From the NCBI GenBank assembly GCA_963701965.1, contig OY969695.1, positions 3,168,001 through 3,232,000 on the forward strand: DNA of 64,000 nucleotides, read 5' to 3'. The notes beneath the pieces are model-generated. The model was given only the letters and a program-made list of their open reading frames with translations, ran no database searches and had not been told where the DNA came from. Origin of the DNA: an uncultured Gemmatimonadales bacterium. Its GTDB lineage: Bacteria; Gemmatimonadota; Gemmatimonadetes; Gemmatimonadales; Gemmatimonadaceae. Positions 49,213 through 57,250 of the stretch are shown one piece after another (positions within the stretch are counted from its first letter, which is position 1; every line of letters starts with the position of its first letter). The translations under genes and the position numbers were made by a program.

Positions 49213-51288
49213 ATGCGCCTTTTCATGGTCTCACTCTTCGCCGCTGCCGCGTTGCGCGCGCAGACGGTCGTCCGCGTGCCCGTCGACTCGACGGGCCTCC
49301 GCGTCGCGCTCTGGCACGAGGCCGCGTCGCGGCCGGGCACGCACGCGCCGGTCCTGTTTGTCCACGGCGCGTCATTCCCGTCGTCCCTTGCCGCCGGATT
49401 CAAGTTCGATGGCGTCTCGTGGATGGACCACCTGGCAGCCCGCGGCTTCGATGTGTGGGCGCTCGATTTCCTGGGCTACGGCGCATCGGATCGCTACCCG
49501 GCGATGCGCGAGCCGGCCGGCGCCCACGCGCCCCTCGGGCGGAGCGCGGATGCCGCCCGCCAAATCGCGGCCGCGGTGGCCTACATCGAGCGACAACGCC
49601 GCGCTCCACGCGTGTCGATCGTCGCGCACTCGTGGGGCACGATGCCGGCCGGCCTGTTCGCCGCCACGCACGCGCCCCAAGTCGACCGCCTCGTGCTCTT
49701 CGGCCCCGTCGCCGCACGGCACGAGGCGCCCGACACGACGCGCTTCGAGGCATACTGGTTCGTGACCGAGGAGGCGCAGCGGGCACGGTTCTACGGCTAT
49801 GTACCGGCCGGCGAGCGGCCAGTGCTCGATCCGCGATACTTCGCTACCTGGGGTCCCGCGTACATGGCGACCGATGCGACGAGCCGCACCCGCACGCCGG
49901 CCAGTGTCGCGGTGCCAACCGGGCCGCTGGTGGATCTCGACGAAGCGTGGCAGGGACATCTGACATACGATCCCGCGGCCATCACGGTTCCGGTGCTCAT
50001 CGTGCGCGGCGAATGGGACACCGTCACGCGCGATGGCGATGCCGCCTGGTTGTTCAGCGCGCTGACGCACAGCCCGATCAAGCGCGACGTCAAGATCAGC
50101 CGCGGCACGCACGTCATGCACCTGGAAGCGGCCCGCTATCAGTTGTATCGCGAGGTCGAGACGTTCCTGGGCGCGGACGATACGCCGCGGGTCCGGTCGA
50201 TCGCCATCGCCGGTTTCGGCGCTCTGACCGGTCCCGTGCATGCGTTCGGCGAGAACAGCCGCGCGGCGCTGACCGCGGCCGCCGAGTGGATCAACGCGCA
50301 CGGAGGGATTCGCCTTGGCGACGGCGCCATGGGCCGATTCGACGTGACGTACGACGACGATCACTGCGCCCCGGCCGATGCCGCCGCGCTTGTGCAACGC
50401 TATACGGCCAGCGACGCGCTCATCGCGATCGGACCGAGTTGTTCGTCGGTCGCCGAACCCCTGTACCCGACGCTCGGCATGCCCGTGTTCACGGACGGCG
50501 CGACGAAGGCGAACCTGGCGCGCCTTTCCCCATGGGCGTTCCGCAATGCGCCAAACGAGGCCGACATGTATGCGGCGCTCTGGCGTTGGGTCCGGCGCCA
50601 GTATCCTGCTCTCCGCACGGTGTACGGCGGCCAGGAGGCCGACTTCGCCCATTCGCACGCCACGTGGGCGAATATCATGGCGCCCGCGGCGCGGACCGCG
50701 GGCTTGGACGTGGTCGGCGTCGCCGATTGGTCGATTCGAGACACTGTCTTTGCGAGCCCGGTCGCCCAGATGAAGACCGCGCATCCCGACATCGTGGTGC
50801 TGGCCTCGCACCCGGCGACGACGTGCGCCGTGCTCGCCGAGATGCACCGGCAGGGTGTGCGGCCCCGGCTCGTGGTGGGGTTGACGTCGAGCGCGACGCC
50901 TACGACGTTGGCGCAGTGCGGGAAGGACGCCGACGGTCTCCTCATCCCCACAAGCTTTGCGCCCATCACTCCCGCGGCTCGCGCGGCGGCCCGGGCCGTG
51001 CGGCGAGCCGGGGGCGTCCCGGATCTCCACTGCATGGCCGCGTGGGAAATTCTCTTCGCGCTCAAATCCGTCATGGAACGCGAACGGATCACGGGAGTCC
51101 CCCAGCGCCGGGACGCCGAGCGCCTGATCCTGCGCGACGGGTTGGCCCGAATGACGACGATGTCCGGTCTCCTTGGCACGATTCAACGGACGCCGGAACG
51201 CGAGTCGCAGAAACCGTTCGTGTTCGTCCAAGCGGAGGCCGACCACTGGGTGGTGAAGTTCGGCCCAATGTCCGCAACATCGCGATAG
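49213..51288 (+). CDS. Secreted alpha/beta hydrolase fused to a LivJ-like solute-binding domain
   Basis: AHSWG, GEWD, GTH, then GALTGP...FGE, DDHC, IGPSCSS, FRNAP. Confidence 0.85.
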   Translation: MRLFMVSLFAAAALRAQTVVRVPVDSTGLRVALWHEAASRPGTHAPVLFVHGASFPSSLAAGFKFDGVSWMDHLAARGFDVWALDFLGYGASDRYPAMREPAGAHAPLGRSADAARQIAAAVAYIERQRRAPRVSIVAHSWGTMPAGLFAATHAPQVDRLVLFGPVAARHEAPDTTRFEAYWFVTEEAQRARFYGYVPAGERPVLDPRYFATWGPAYMATDATSRTRTPASVAVPTGPLVDLDEAWQGHLTYDPAAITVPVLIVRGEWDTVTRDGDAAWLFSALTHSPIKRDVKISRGTHVMHLEAARYQLYREVETFLGADDTPRVRSIAIAGFGALTGPVHAFGENSRAALTAAAEWINAHGGIRLGDGAMGRFDVTYDDDHCAPADAAALVQRYTASDALIAIGPSCSSVAEPLYPTLGMPVFTDGATKANLARLSPWAFRNAPNEADMYAALWRWVRRQYPALRTVYGGQEADFAHSHATWANIMAPAARTAGLDVVGVADWSIRDTVFASPVAQMKTAHPDIVVLASHPATTCAVLAEMHRQGVRPRLVVGLTSSATPTTLAQCGKDADGLLIPTSFAPITPAARAAARAVRRAGGVPDLHCMAAWEILFALKSVMERERITGVPQRRDAERLILRDGLARMTTMSGLLGTIQRTPERESQKPFVFVQAEADHWVVKFGPMSATSR

Positions 51289-51292
51289 CTTA

Positions 51293-52144
51293 TTGGGCGT
51301 GCCGAACGCGTCATTCGTCGTCAAGCTCGTCGTGGTACCGGCCCTGATCGCGGTCGCGAGCCTGGTCGGTCGACGTTGGGGCCCGCGCGCCGGTGGCTGG
51401 TTTGTCGCGCTGCCGCTCACATCGGGCCCCACCATCCTGCTGCTGACGCTGGAACGCGGACCAGCGTTCGCCCACGCGGCGTGCGTGGGCGCGCTCCTGG
51501 CGACGATCTCGCTCTCGGCATTCGCCCTCGCCTACGGGCGCGCCGCGCGTCGTCTGTCATGGGCGTGGAGTACCGCATCGGGATGCGCGGCGTACGTGGT
51601 CTCGACCGCCCTGCTGTCGCGCCTCCCCGCCACGTTGGGTTGGACGTGCGTCGCCGTCTGCGCGATCCTCGCCGTGACCGTCCGCCTCATGCCCGCCGAA
51701 CCGGGCGCGCCTCCGCGGACCGCGACGGGTGCGTGGGACATTCCGCTTCGCATGGTGCTCGCCGCCGTCTTGATCACGACCATTACCGCGTTAGCCGCGA
51801 CCGTGGGCCCAAGACTGAGTGGCCTTCTCACGCCGCTCCCCATCGCCACGACGATTCTGGCGGCGTTCACCCACCGGAGCGATGGCGGTCCGGCCGCGAG
51901 TCAGTTCCTGCGCAGCCTGGTCATCGGGCTTTTCTCGTACGCGGTGTTCGTGTTCGCGGTCGGCGTGACCGTCGGCCACTGGCCCGTGGTCACCGTGTTC
52001 ACCACGGCCTCCGTTGCTACCCTCGCGATGCACGGCGTCGTGTGGCGCTGGATGTGCATTAGGGACGGCATCCGACTGCGAGGCAGTGATGGCAAGCTCA
52101 ATGATGGGCGAATCGTCCGTAGCGGCCGCTACGGTGACCTGTGA
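51293..52144 (+). CDS. Uncharacterised multi-pass membrane protein
   Basis: About 8 hydrophobic segments with a two-fold GPRxxG repeat. Confidence 0.75.
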   Translation: MGVPNASFVVKLVVVPALIAVASLVGRRWGPRAGGWFVALPLTSGPTILLLTLERGPAFAHAACVGALLATISLSAFALAYGRAARRLSWAWSTASGCAAYVVSTALLSRLPATLGWTCVAVCAILAVTVRLMPAEPGAPPRTATGAWDIPLRMVLAAVLITTITALAATVGPRLSGLLTPLPIATTILAAFTHRSDGGPAASQFLRSLVIGLFSYAVFVFAVGVTVGHWPVVTVFTTASVATLAMHGVVWRWMCIRDGIRLRGSDGKLNDGRIVRSGRYGDL

Positions 52145-52787
52145 TCAACTCCGCGCGGCGCTGAGCGCCGCCCAACGGACGAACAACGGCGGTCTCGGCT
52201 TTCACATGTGGGGGGTCGTCGTCGATCGCCATGGCATCGTGGTGGCGATCGCCTACACGGGCGCGCAGGTCGGCGATCAGTGGCCGGGGAGCCGCGTGAT
52301 CGCGGCGACCAAAGCCAACACGGCGAACGCACTCAGTCTCGATCGCTTTCCGCTGTCGACCGCGCGACTCTACTCGGCGGTGCAGCCGGGCGGGTCGCTG
52401 TTTGGTCTCCAGGAGTCAGCGCCCGTGAACATTCACGCGGCCTATGGTGGCAAGGCCGACGACTATGGCACGGTGGACGACCATATGCTCGGCAAAGCCA
52501 TCGGCGGCACGAATGTCTTTGGCGGCGGTCTCCCGTTGTACGACGCGACGCGTCACATCATCGGCGGCCTCGGCGTCTCCGGCGACATGTCGTGCGCGGA
52601 CCATAGCGTCGCGTGGAAAGTGCGACACGCGCTCACGCTCGACTATCTCCCCGAAGGGACCGACGACAACATTGTGTACGACATCGGTCCGAACGGGAAG
52701 AGCGCCAGCGGGTGGGGGCACCCCGTGTGCTCGCCGTCGACCAAAGCCGTGGGCGAGGCCTTGGCCAAGGATCTTCCCACGCGCTAG
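52089..52787 (+). CDS. GlcG/HbpS-family heme-binding protein
   Basis: VVVDRHG, IAATKANTA, FGGGLPLY, GGLGVSGD; start uncertain. Confidence 0.85.
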   Translation: MASSMMGESSVAAATVTCDQLRAALSAAQRTNNGGLGFHMWGVVVDRHGIVVAIAYTGAQVGDQWPGSRVIAATKANTANALSLDRFPLSTARLYSAVQPGGSLFGLQESAPVNIHAAYGGKADDYGTVDDHMLGKAIGGTNVFGGGLPLYDATRHIIGGLGVSGDMSCADHSVAWKVRHALTLDYLPEGTDDNIVYDIGPNGKSASGWGHPVCSPSTKAVGEALAKDLPTR

Positions 52788-52799
52788 AGGCGCGCGAAT

Positions 52800-53564
52800 C
52801 TATATAGACTGGACTTCGCCCCCGTCCATGCGAACCGCGGTACCCGTCATCCAACGCGCTGCAGGCGAGACGAGGAACGCCATGAGATCGGCGATCTCCT
52901 CCGGTTGCCCGTAGCGACCAATCCCCGAGGCCGACAAGAACGTCTGCGTCGCATCCTCGACGCTGACGTTGTGCGCCGGCGCCCACTTTTCGAGGTAGGA
53001 ACGTCGTCGCCCGGTCATGACCGGCCCCGGAAGCACGCTGTTCACCTGCACGCCGTCTCGCAGTCCTCGCTCGGCGAACGCCTTGGCCAGTGCTATGATT
53101 GCGGCATTGATGGCCCCCACGGCGGCATAGAGGGCCTTAGGGGCGAGCGCGGAATTGCCCGACATCAACACCACCGCGCCTTTCGACGCCTTCAACGCTT
53201 CCCAAGCCGCGAGGGTCAGCCGGCGCGCCCCGTGCAACTTGAGCGCCATGCCACTCTCCCACTGCGCGTCGGTCATCTCGAAGAGATCGATCTGCGGCAC
53301 CGCGCCGGCGATGTTGAGGAGCGCGTCGATCCGGCCAAAGCGCTCCATCGTGCGATCGACGACCGCGGCGGCCGTCGCCGGCACACCCAGGTCGAGATCC
53401 ACGACGAGCGCTTGGGCGCCCGCGGCCTGCACCACCGCGGCGGTCTCGTTGAGATTCGGGAGATTTCTGGCGACCAGGACCAACCCGGAAAAATCGCGAG
53501 CCAGGCGAATCGCCGTCGCCCGGCCAATGCCTTGGCTCGCGCCGGTCACGATCGCGACCGTCAT
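52800..53564 (-). CDS. Short-chain dehydrogenase/reductase
   Basis: TGASQGIG, NIAG, VNSVLPG, DGG; atypical catalytic motif. Confidence 0.92.
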   Translation of the reverse strand: MTVAIVTGASQGIGRATAIRLARDFSGLVLVARNLPNLNETAAVVQAAGAQALVVDLDLGVPATAAAVVDRTMERFGRIDALLNIAGAVPQIDLFEMTDAQWESGMALKLHGARRLTLAAWEALKASKGAVVLMSGNSALAPKALYAAVGAINAAIIALAKAFAERGLRDGVQVNSVLPGPVMTGRRRSYLEKWAPAHNVSVEDATQTFLSASGIGRYGQPEEIADLMAFLVSPAARWMTGTAVRMDGGEVQSI

Positions 53565-54451
53565 GCCCGCCCCGCGACAGCGACCGCGGACGCCAGCGCG
53601 TGCGCGAGAAACGCGTCGATGGCCGCGGCGATTTCGACGGCATGCGTCTCCAGCGCGAAGTGGCCCGTATCGAAGAACCGCACCTCGGCGTGCGGGATGT
53701 CGCGCCGGAACGCCTCGGCGCCCGGGGGCAAGAAGAACGGGTCATTGCGACCCCAGACGGCGAGGAGCGGCGGCTGGCTATCGCGGAAGTAGCGGTGGAA
53801 TACGGGATAGAGCGCGATGTTGCTGGCGTAGTCGATGAAGAGGTCGATCTGTATCTCGCCGGCGCCGGGTCGCGCCAGGTAGAAGTTGTCCAGCGAATAC
53901 CCATCGGGCGACACCAACGACCGATCGCGGACGCCGTGGGTGTACTGCCACACGGTCGTCTCGGGCGCCACCATCTGCCGGAGCGCCGCGCGATGCGCCG
54001 GGGTGGGTTCACGCCAATACGTCCGCGCCGGACCCCACGCATCGCTCAACCCTTCCTCGTAGGCGTTGCCATTTTGCGAGATGATCGCGGTGATGCGTTC
54101 GGGATGGGCCGTCGCCAGGCGAAAGCCGACGGGTGCGCCATAGTCGAACACGTACATCGCGAACCGGTCGAGGTGCAGGACTTCGGTAAAGCGCGCGATC
54201 ACCGTGGCGATATTGGCGAACGTATACGAGAACGCGTCCGGCGCCGGCATGGCGGACTGCCCGAAGCCGGGCAGGTCAGGCGCCACCAGGTGAAAACGAT
54301 CCTCGAGCAGCGGAATGAGATCGCGGAACATGTGCCCGGCGCTGGGAAACCCGTGCAGCAAGAGCAGCGTGGGCGCGTCCGCCGGCCCCGCCTCGCGATA
54401 GAATATCTCGAGCCCGTCGACTTGGGCTGTGCGATAATGCGTCGTGCTCAT
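53561..54451 (-). CDS. Alpha/beta hydrolase (epoxide hydrolase/dehalogenase-like)
   Basis: LLHGFPS, FDYG Asp nucleophile, DTGHFALE. Confidence 0.93.
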   Translation of the reverse strand: MSTTHYRTAQVDGLEIFYREAGPADAPTLLLLHGFPSAGHMFRDLIPLLEDRFHLVAPDLPGFGQSAMPAPDAFSYTFANIATVIARFTEVLHLDRFAMYVFDYGAPVGFRLATAHPERITAIISQNGNAYEEGLSDAWGPARTYWREPTPAHRAALRQMVAPETTVWQYTHGVRDRSLVSPDGYSLDNFYLARPGAGEIQIDLFIDYASNIALYPVFHRYFRDSQPPLLAVWGRNDPFFLPPGAEAFRRDIPHAEVRFFDTGHFALETHAVEIAAAIDAFLAHALASAVAVAGRA

Positions 54452-54477
54452 GCGCGCCTCCCTCAGGGCATATAGAC

Positions 54478-54578
54478 GATAACCGCTCTAAAGTCCACAA
54501 TGGAGTTATCCATGTCTCTGCGGCTTGTCAAGGCGGAGCGTCGTAAATAACTTGTCGCGGAGATATAGGGCGGTTATC
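54478..54578. promoter_or_regulatory. Two TAAC-N21-GTTA inverted-repeat sites in a divergent promoter
   Basis: GATAAC-N21-GTTATC (54478-54510) and AATAAC-N21-GTTATC (54546-54578); TTGACA on the minus strand at 54526-54531. Confidence 0.7.
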
Positions 54579-54589
54579 GCCGAGGTCGC

Positions 54590-56353
54590 ATGAGCATCGT
54601 CGTGTCCGTGAACGTCGGGCTTCCCCAAGATGTGTCATGGCAAGGCAAGATCGTGCGGACGGCGATTTGGAAGCGGCCGGTCGACGGGAGGGTGCGCGTT
54701 GGCCGCCTCAACATTGCCGGTGACGGACAAGGCGATCTCAACGGACACGGCGGTGAGCACCGCGCCGTGATGGTATACCAGCTCGACTCCTATCGCTACT
54801 GGCAAGAGCATCTGGGGCGATCCGACTTCGTCCACGGGCAGTTCGGAGAGAATTTCACCGTCGACGGGCTCGCCGACTCCGAGGTCTGCATCGGCGATCG
54901 CTTTCGCATCGGGAGCGCGGTATTCGAGGTGAGTCAGCCGCGCGTCACGTGCTACCGACTCGGCATCCGGATGAACGAGCCGGATATGCCCGCGTTGGTG
55001 GTCTCGCATCACCGGCCGGGATTCTACTTCCGCGTCATCGAGGAGGGCAATGTCGGCGCGGGGGATCCGATCACCAAGGTCGCGGACGGCCCCGAGCGCG
55101 TGACGGTCGCGGACGTCAATGCGCTGCTCTACCTCCATGGGCATTCTGCCGACGCCCTGCAACGGGCGTTACGCGTTCCGGCGCTCAGTCCGGGATGGCA
55201 AATGTCTCTCCGCGCGCTGCTCGCGGCGAGTCACAATGGCCAAGCCACCGGGAACCCCGGTTTATCGGCGCCGACTGGCGCCGTGGCATGGCCCGGCTTT
55301 CGCCCGATGACGGTCGTCTCGTCGACCCCGGAGAGTGTCGACATTCGGTCGTTTGTCCTGGGAGCGGCGGACGGCACGCCGTTGCCCGCCGCGCTGCCTG
55401 GACAGTACATCGTCATCAAGGTGCGGCCCGCCGCGGGCGGCGCCGCCCTCTCCCGCTCGTATTCACTCTCCGGCCCACCGGCGGCCGGAACCTATCGTAT
55501 CAGCGTCAAGCGCGAAGTGGCGGGCGTGGTCAGCACGTACCTCCACGAGCACCTGCGTGCCGGCGATACTCTGGACGCTAGTGCCCCGCGGGGGGCGTTT
55601 ACGCTCGCCTCCGACCCGCGTCCGGCCGTCTTTCTCAGCGCCGGCGTCGGCGCCACCCCATTGGTGGCGATGCTGTATGCGTTGGCCGCCGCCAATGGAC
55701 ACGCGCCGCGCGCGATGTGGTGGATCTACGCGGCGCGCGATGGCGCGCACCATTGTTTCGCGCGCGAGGCGCGCGGTCTCATTCAGTCCCTGGCGTCGGG
55801 TCACGCGATGACGGTCTACAGCCGGCCGGACGATCGCGATCAACTCGGCCGCGACTACGATGCGCAAGGACACATCGGCGTGCCTCTGCTCGAGCAAGCG
55901 GGCGTTCCACGGGAGGCCGCCTTCTATCTCTGTGGACCGGCAGGGTTCCTGGACGCCGTGCCGGCAGGGCTCATACAGTGGGGCGTCCGGGAGGCGGACA
56001 TCCACACCGAGGTGTTCGGCGGCGGTCCGGCGTTGACCCCGGGCGTGGTCGGCACCACGCACGAGGCGCCGCACATGCCCAGCGGCGCACCGGGGACCGG
56101 TCCGTCCGTGGCGTTCACCCGCAGTGGACTCGTCGTCCCATGGAATGCGCGATTCCAGAGTGTCCTCGAGCTCGCCGAAGCGTGCGCGGTCCCAACGCGG
56201 TGGTCCTGCCGCACGGGCGTGTGTCACACCTGCGAGTGCGCGCTCATCGAGGGCCGGGTCCGTTACGCGCCGGATCCCCTGGACCCGCCCGCGGATGGGA
56301 ACGCCCTGATCTGCTGCTCGACGCCCGTGTCGGACGTTCAGTTCGACCTTTGA
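54590..56353 (+). CDS. MOSC, 3-alpha, FAD/NAD-binding reductase and 2Fe-2S ferredoxin fusion
   Basis: HGGEHRAV, FGENFT, SQPRVTC, RSYSL, AGVGATP, CRTGVCHTC. Confidence 0.93.
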   Translation: MSIVVSVNVGLPQDVSWQGKIVRTAIWKRPVDGRVRVGRLNIAGDGQGDLNGHGGEHRAVMVYQLDSYRYWQEHLGRSDFVHGQFGENFTVDGLADSEVCIGDRFRIGSAVFEVSQPRVTCYRLGIRMNEPDMPALVVSHHRPGFYFRVIEEGNVGAGDPITKVADGPERVTVADVNALLYLHGHSADALQRALRVPALSPGWQMSLRALLAASHNGQATGNPGLSAPTGAVAWPGFRPMTVVSSTPESVDIRSFVLGAADGTPLPAALPGQYIVIKVRPAAGGAALSRSYSLSGPPAAGTYRISVKREVAGVVSTYLHEHLRAGDTLDASAPRGAFTLASDPRPAVFLSAGVGATPLVAMLYALAAANGHAPRAMWWIYAARDGAHHCFAREARGLIQSLASGHAMTVYSRPDDRDQLGRDYDAQGHIGVPLLEQAGVPREAAFYLCGPAGFLDAVPAGLIQWGVREADIHTEVFGGGPALTPGVVGTTHEAPHMPSGAPGTGPSVAFTRSGLVVPWNARFQSVLELAEACAVPTRWSCRTGVCHTCECALIEGRVRYAPDPLDPPADGNALICCSTPVSDVQFDL

Positions 56354-56478
56354 AAGGCACTTGCGTCTGTCGGCGCCGCCGGAGGCTTGAGCTCGAGCAC
56401 CAGAATCGTGATCAACACCGCGAACACGGCATCCGAGAACGCGCTCAACCGCTCGGGTGTGGCTCGTTGATCCCGCAT
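56338..56478 (-). pseudogene. Truncated TMEM175/DUF1211-family K+ channel remnant (46 aa)
   Basis: MRDQRATPERLSAFSDAVFAVLITILVLELKPP with the RxxxFSD motif; GGAGGG RBS; stops after TM1. Confidence 0.75.
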
Positions 56479-56492
56479 AGTCCCTCCGCTAG

Positions 56493-56525
56493 GGTAACTT
56501 GGCAAGAGTCCGTAGAGTGGTTAGC
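56493..56525. promoter_or_regulatory. Third TAAC-N21-GTTA site
   Basis: GGTAAC-N21-GTTAGC between the TMEM175 remnant and the CGNR gene. Confidence 0.65.
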
Positions 56526-56608
56526 TTCGATCAGTTCGCTCACTCGGCAAGCGCACAATCGTTGCCATCGAGGGTAACCTGTCCAGCTTCATCGCCGACG
56601 CCCTCGGC

Positions 56609-57205
56609 GTGGATTTCTTGAATTCGATCGCCACGCCCGTGGACACGCCGGTCGAGTCGATCGGCGATGGGGAAGGCCTGCTCCGCTGGCTCGACCAGGC
56701 GGGGCTCGTCTCCGACAATGTCCTCGCGACGTACCGGGCCACGGCGGTTCCCGGGGAATTGGATGCCGCGGCGGCGCAGGCGCGCGCGCTCCGCGAGTGG
56801 TTTCGCGCTTTTGTCCTCAAGCACTTGGGGAAGCCGCTCAAGCCGGATGCGCTGCGGGAGCTCGAACCCCTCAATCGCATGCTCACGCGCGACGAGGCCT
56901 TTGGCCAAGTGGTCGCGCGCGGCCGGACCCGGCCCCGTCCCACTAAGGGCGTCCCTCCGTTCGAGTGGCGGCCGCAGCGGCGGTGGCGGTCGCCCGATGC
57001 CCTGTTGCTGCCCATTGCCAAAGCGATCGCCAATGTGGTCTGTACCGAGGACTTCGCGCACATCAAGGCGTGCGAGGGTCCGGCGTGCACGCTCCTCTTC
57101 CTCGATCGCACGCGTGGCCGCGCGCGCCGGTGGTGCAGCATGGCCGTTTGCGGAAACCGCGCCAAGCAGGCCGCGCACCGGAAACGCGCCCAGCGCCACG
57201 CCTGA
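56609..57205 (+). CDS. ABATE/CGNR zinc-finger regulator
   Basis: DFLNS; CEGPAC...RRWCSMAVCGNRAK; true start may be slightly upstream. Confidence 0.92.
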   Translation: MDFLNSIATPVDTPVESIGDGEGLLRWLDQAGLVSDNVLATYRATAVPGELDAAAAQARALREWFRAFVLKHLGKPLKPDALRELEPLNRMLTRDEAFGQVVARGRTRPRPTKGVPPFEWRPQRRWRSPDALLLPIAKAIANVVCTEDFAHIKACEGPACTLLFLDRTRGRARRWCSMAVCGNRAKQAAHRKRAQRHA

Positions 57206-57250
57206 GTCGGGGGCCCAAACCTTCCTGAGGGCGACGCTGTCGAATCCGAA

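Noticed and set aside
49372..51435. Long antisense and alternative-frame ORFs (687 aa, 642 aa and many similar ones across the window)
   Set aside because: Arg/Gly/Pro-rich shadow ORFs expected in high-GC DNA; no motifs.
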